From Chara braunii (taxonomy: Eukaryota; Plantae; Charophyceae): a stretch of 48,672 bases of DNA. The notes beneath the pieces are model-generated. The model was not told where the DNA came from, did no database searches, and saw only the letters and a program-made list of their open reading frames with translations. Below are positions 46,968-48,672 of the stretch, piece by piece. Each line of letters opens with the position of its first letter. Within the stretch, counting starts at the first letter, position 1. The stretch covers positions 1,184,910 to 1,233,581 of the forward strand of contig BFEA01000043.1 of NCBI GenBank assembly GCA_003427395.1, written 5' to 3'. A program made the translations under genes and the position numbers.

Positions 46968-47775
46968 GTCCGAAAGATACTGCACCTTACCGCGGGGCCG
47001 GAACGGGCTCTAGGGATATACGAGGGAGCGGAGGATCCCCAACTCTCTACCATCACACATTGTCAATAGAACAATGATTCACATGCTAGCACCATACAAT
47101 ATATGGATTCAGTCCATAACTCACGACTAAGGGTTGGCTATCCTCCTAGTACGTAGCACAGGGTTGAGGCTGGCATAGCAGTTCCTAAGTACGGGATGTT
47201 GGGGGTGTCAGGAGATACTGCACCTTACCACGGGGCTGGAACGGGCTCCAGGGACACACGAGCGAACAACGGATTCTCAGCTATCTATCATCAACACACA
47301 ATAGAATATCGGAATAACGTAACTATGGGACCTGCACACAATAGAATATCGGAATAACGTAACTATGGGACCTGCACACAATAGAATATNGTAACTATGG
47401 GACCTGCACACAATAGAATATCGGAATAACGTAACTATGGGACCTGCACACAATAGAATATCGGAATAACGTAACTATGGGACCTATAGAGATATGGCTA
47501 ATCCTAGCGCCCGAAGTACCCATGTGGCAAGGCTCATACGTCTATGCGTCGATCATGACTGAATAGAGTAAGTAGGGCTCTCCTTAGTCCGGTATCTGCA
47601 ACCACTCTGGCCAGGTCACCCCCGTCTGTAATAGACTGTAAGGTGATGGTCCTTAGTGGATAAGGTAGGACCGTGGGAGTAGAGGTGCGCCAGGGGAAAC
47701 TACGAAAGTGGTAGGTTGGAAGAGAAGTTCCAAAGGAATACCGCATGGCAAAGTGCCGAAGGCACCCCTCACATG
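46968..47775. mobile_element. probable LTR-retrotransposon remnant with a duplicated LTR-like start
   Basis: Two related ~100-bp blocks, each beginning TGTC..agatactgcaccttacc (~46968, ~47207); no TSD found. Confidence 0.4.
47295..47484 (+). repeat. 40-bp minisatellite (cacacaatagaatatcggaataacgtaactatgggacctg)n
   Basis: Direct reading, about 5 units, one collapsed at an n. Confidence 0.95.
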
Positions 47776-48381
47776 TCTAGAAATCCAACCTCTACAACAA
47801 CCTGGGTTTTTGAAAAAAGAAAAAGAAAAAAAAAGGGATCCCGAGAGCAGGTCCAGACAGATGGTTCCAAACAGCAAGTCCGCGCAGACAGGTCCGGACA
47901 GATGGCTCCCGACGCCCAGACAGACAGGTCGTGAGAGCGGATGGTGTCCAAGCGTGTCCCGTAAACTCGTGAGGACTTGTGGAACAGCATTCTTTTATTT
48001 ATGATTTGAAAAATCACCAGTTCTTGATTGAAATGTCAGGAGTAAGAAGCCGGGAACCTCACAAACTACCCATCTTCGCAGCCCAAAGTCTGTTGTATAG
48101 TGGTTTGCCGCGTCTGTGAGGTGGCGTGAATTCTTGCAGCAGGCGATCACTCAAAGCAGGGTATAATTGCGGTGGAAGTTGTGGGTGACTGGTCCTTCAC
48201 TGGAGGATGAATTGACTTACCGTGAGGGCACAGGTGTGCAGGCCGCAGTTTGTTTGTTGATGTGGCTGGGGAACGGTAAGGTATTGATTATGCTGTGTTT
48301 ATGTTTTGCCATGTTTGCTATAGACAACTCCAAGAGTGTGTGTATGTGGGGTCCTGGCTGGTGCTTTATTCACGATATCGA

Positions 48382-48454
48382 ATAGAAAAGCACTTCGGAT
48401 AGAAAAGCACTTCGGATAGAAAAGCACTTCGGATAGAAAAGCACTTCGGATAGA
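48382..48454 (+). repeat. 17-bp tandem repeat (atagaaaagcacttcgg) x4
   Basis: Direct reading. Confidence 0.95.
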
Positions 48455-48610
48455 CCGCGTATGCGCTGTAGTCGAATAAAACATGGATCTTTTCCTATTC
48501 GAATTCGAAAAAAAAAACCTCTTCTATTCAAGTAGAACATTACCTTTTCTTGTTTTTCTAAGGTTAGCACCTGCCCGTGTGCTCCCCGCCACTGACATGC
48601 TGCATGTTGC

Positions 48611-48672
<62 letters not shown>

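Overview
This is eukaryotic, repeat-rich genomic DNA with many assembly gaps and microsatellites. Plant-type TTTAGGG motifs, TE-filled introns and the retroelement mix suggest a streptophyte, possibly a charophyte alga such as Chara (inference, no search run). Main contents: (1) a Ty3/gypsy integrase fragment at the left edge. (2) A giant intronless minus-strand ORF (16563-8437, 2708 aa, low complexity, MGxxxCC N-terminus) that probably continues through a frameshift to 7971. (3) A minus-strand multi-exon gene that the ORF track mostly misses (33229 to ~19900, about 11 phase-consistent GT-AG exons reconstructed by hand), with a cluster of MSA-like (AACGG) motifs upstream. Its introns hold telomere-motif arrays, tRNA-derived SINE-like copies and a decayed Penelope-like RT, which is itself interrupted just after the catalytic DD by a structured, poly(A)-tailed insertion. 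(4) A near full-length decayed L1-clade LINE (~35460-42667) whose ORF1 has an extra C-terminal globular domain. (5) A truncated relative of that LINE carrying serial 3' transductions between 14-bp TSDs, plus MITEs, foldbacks and minisatellites. All calls are made by eye from the sequence.
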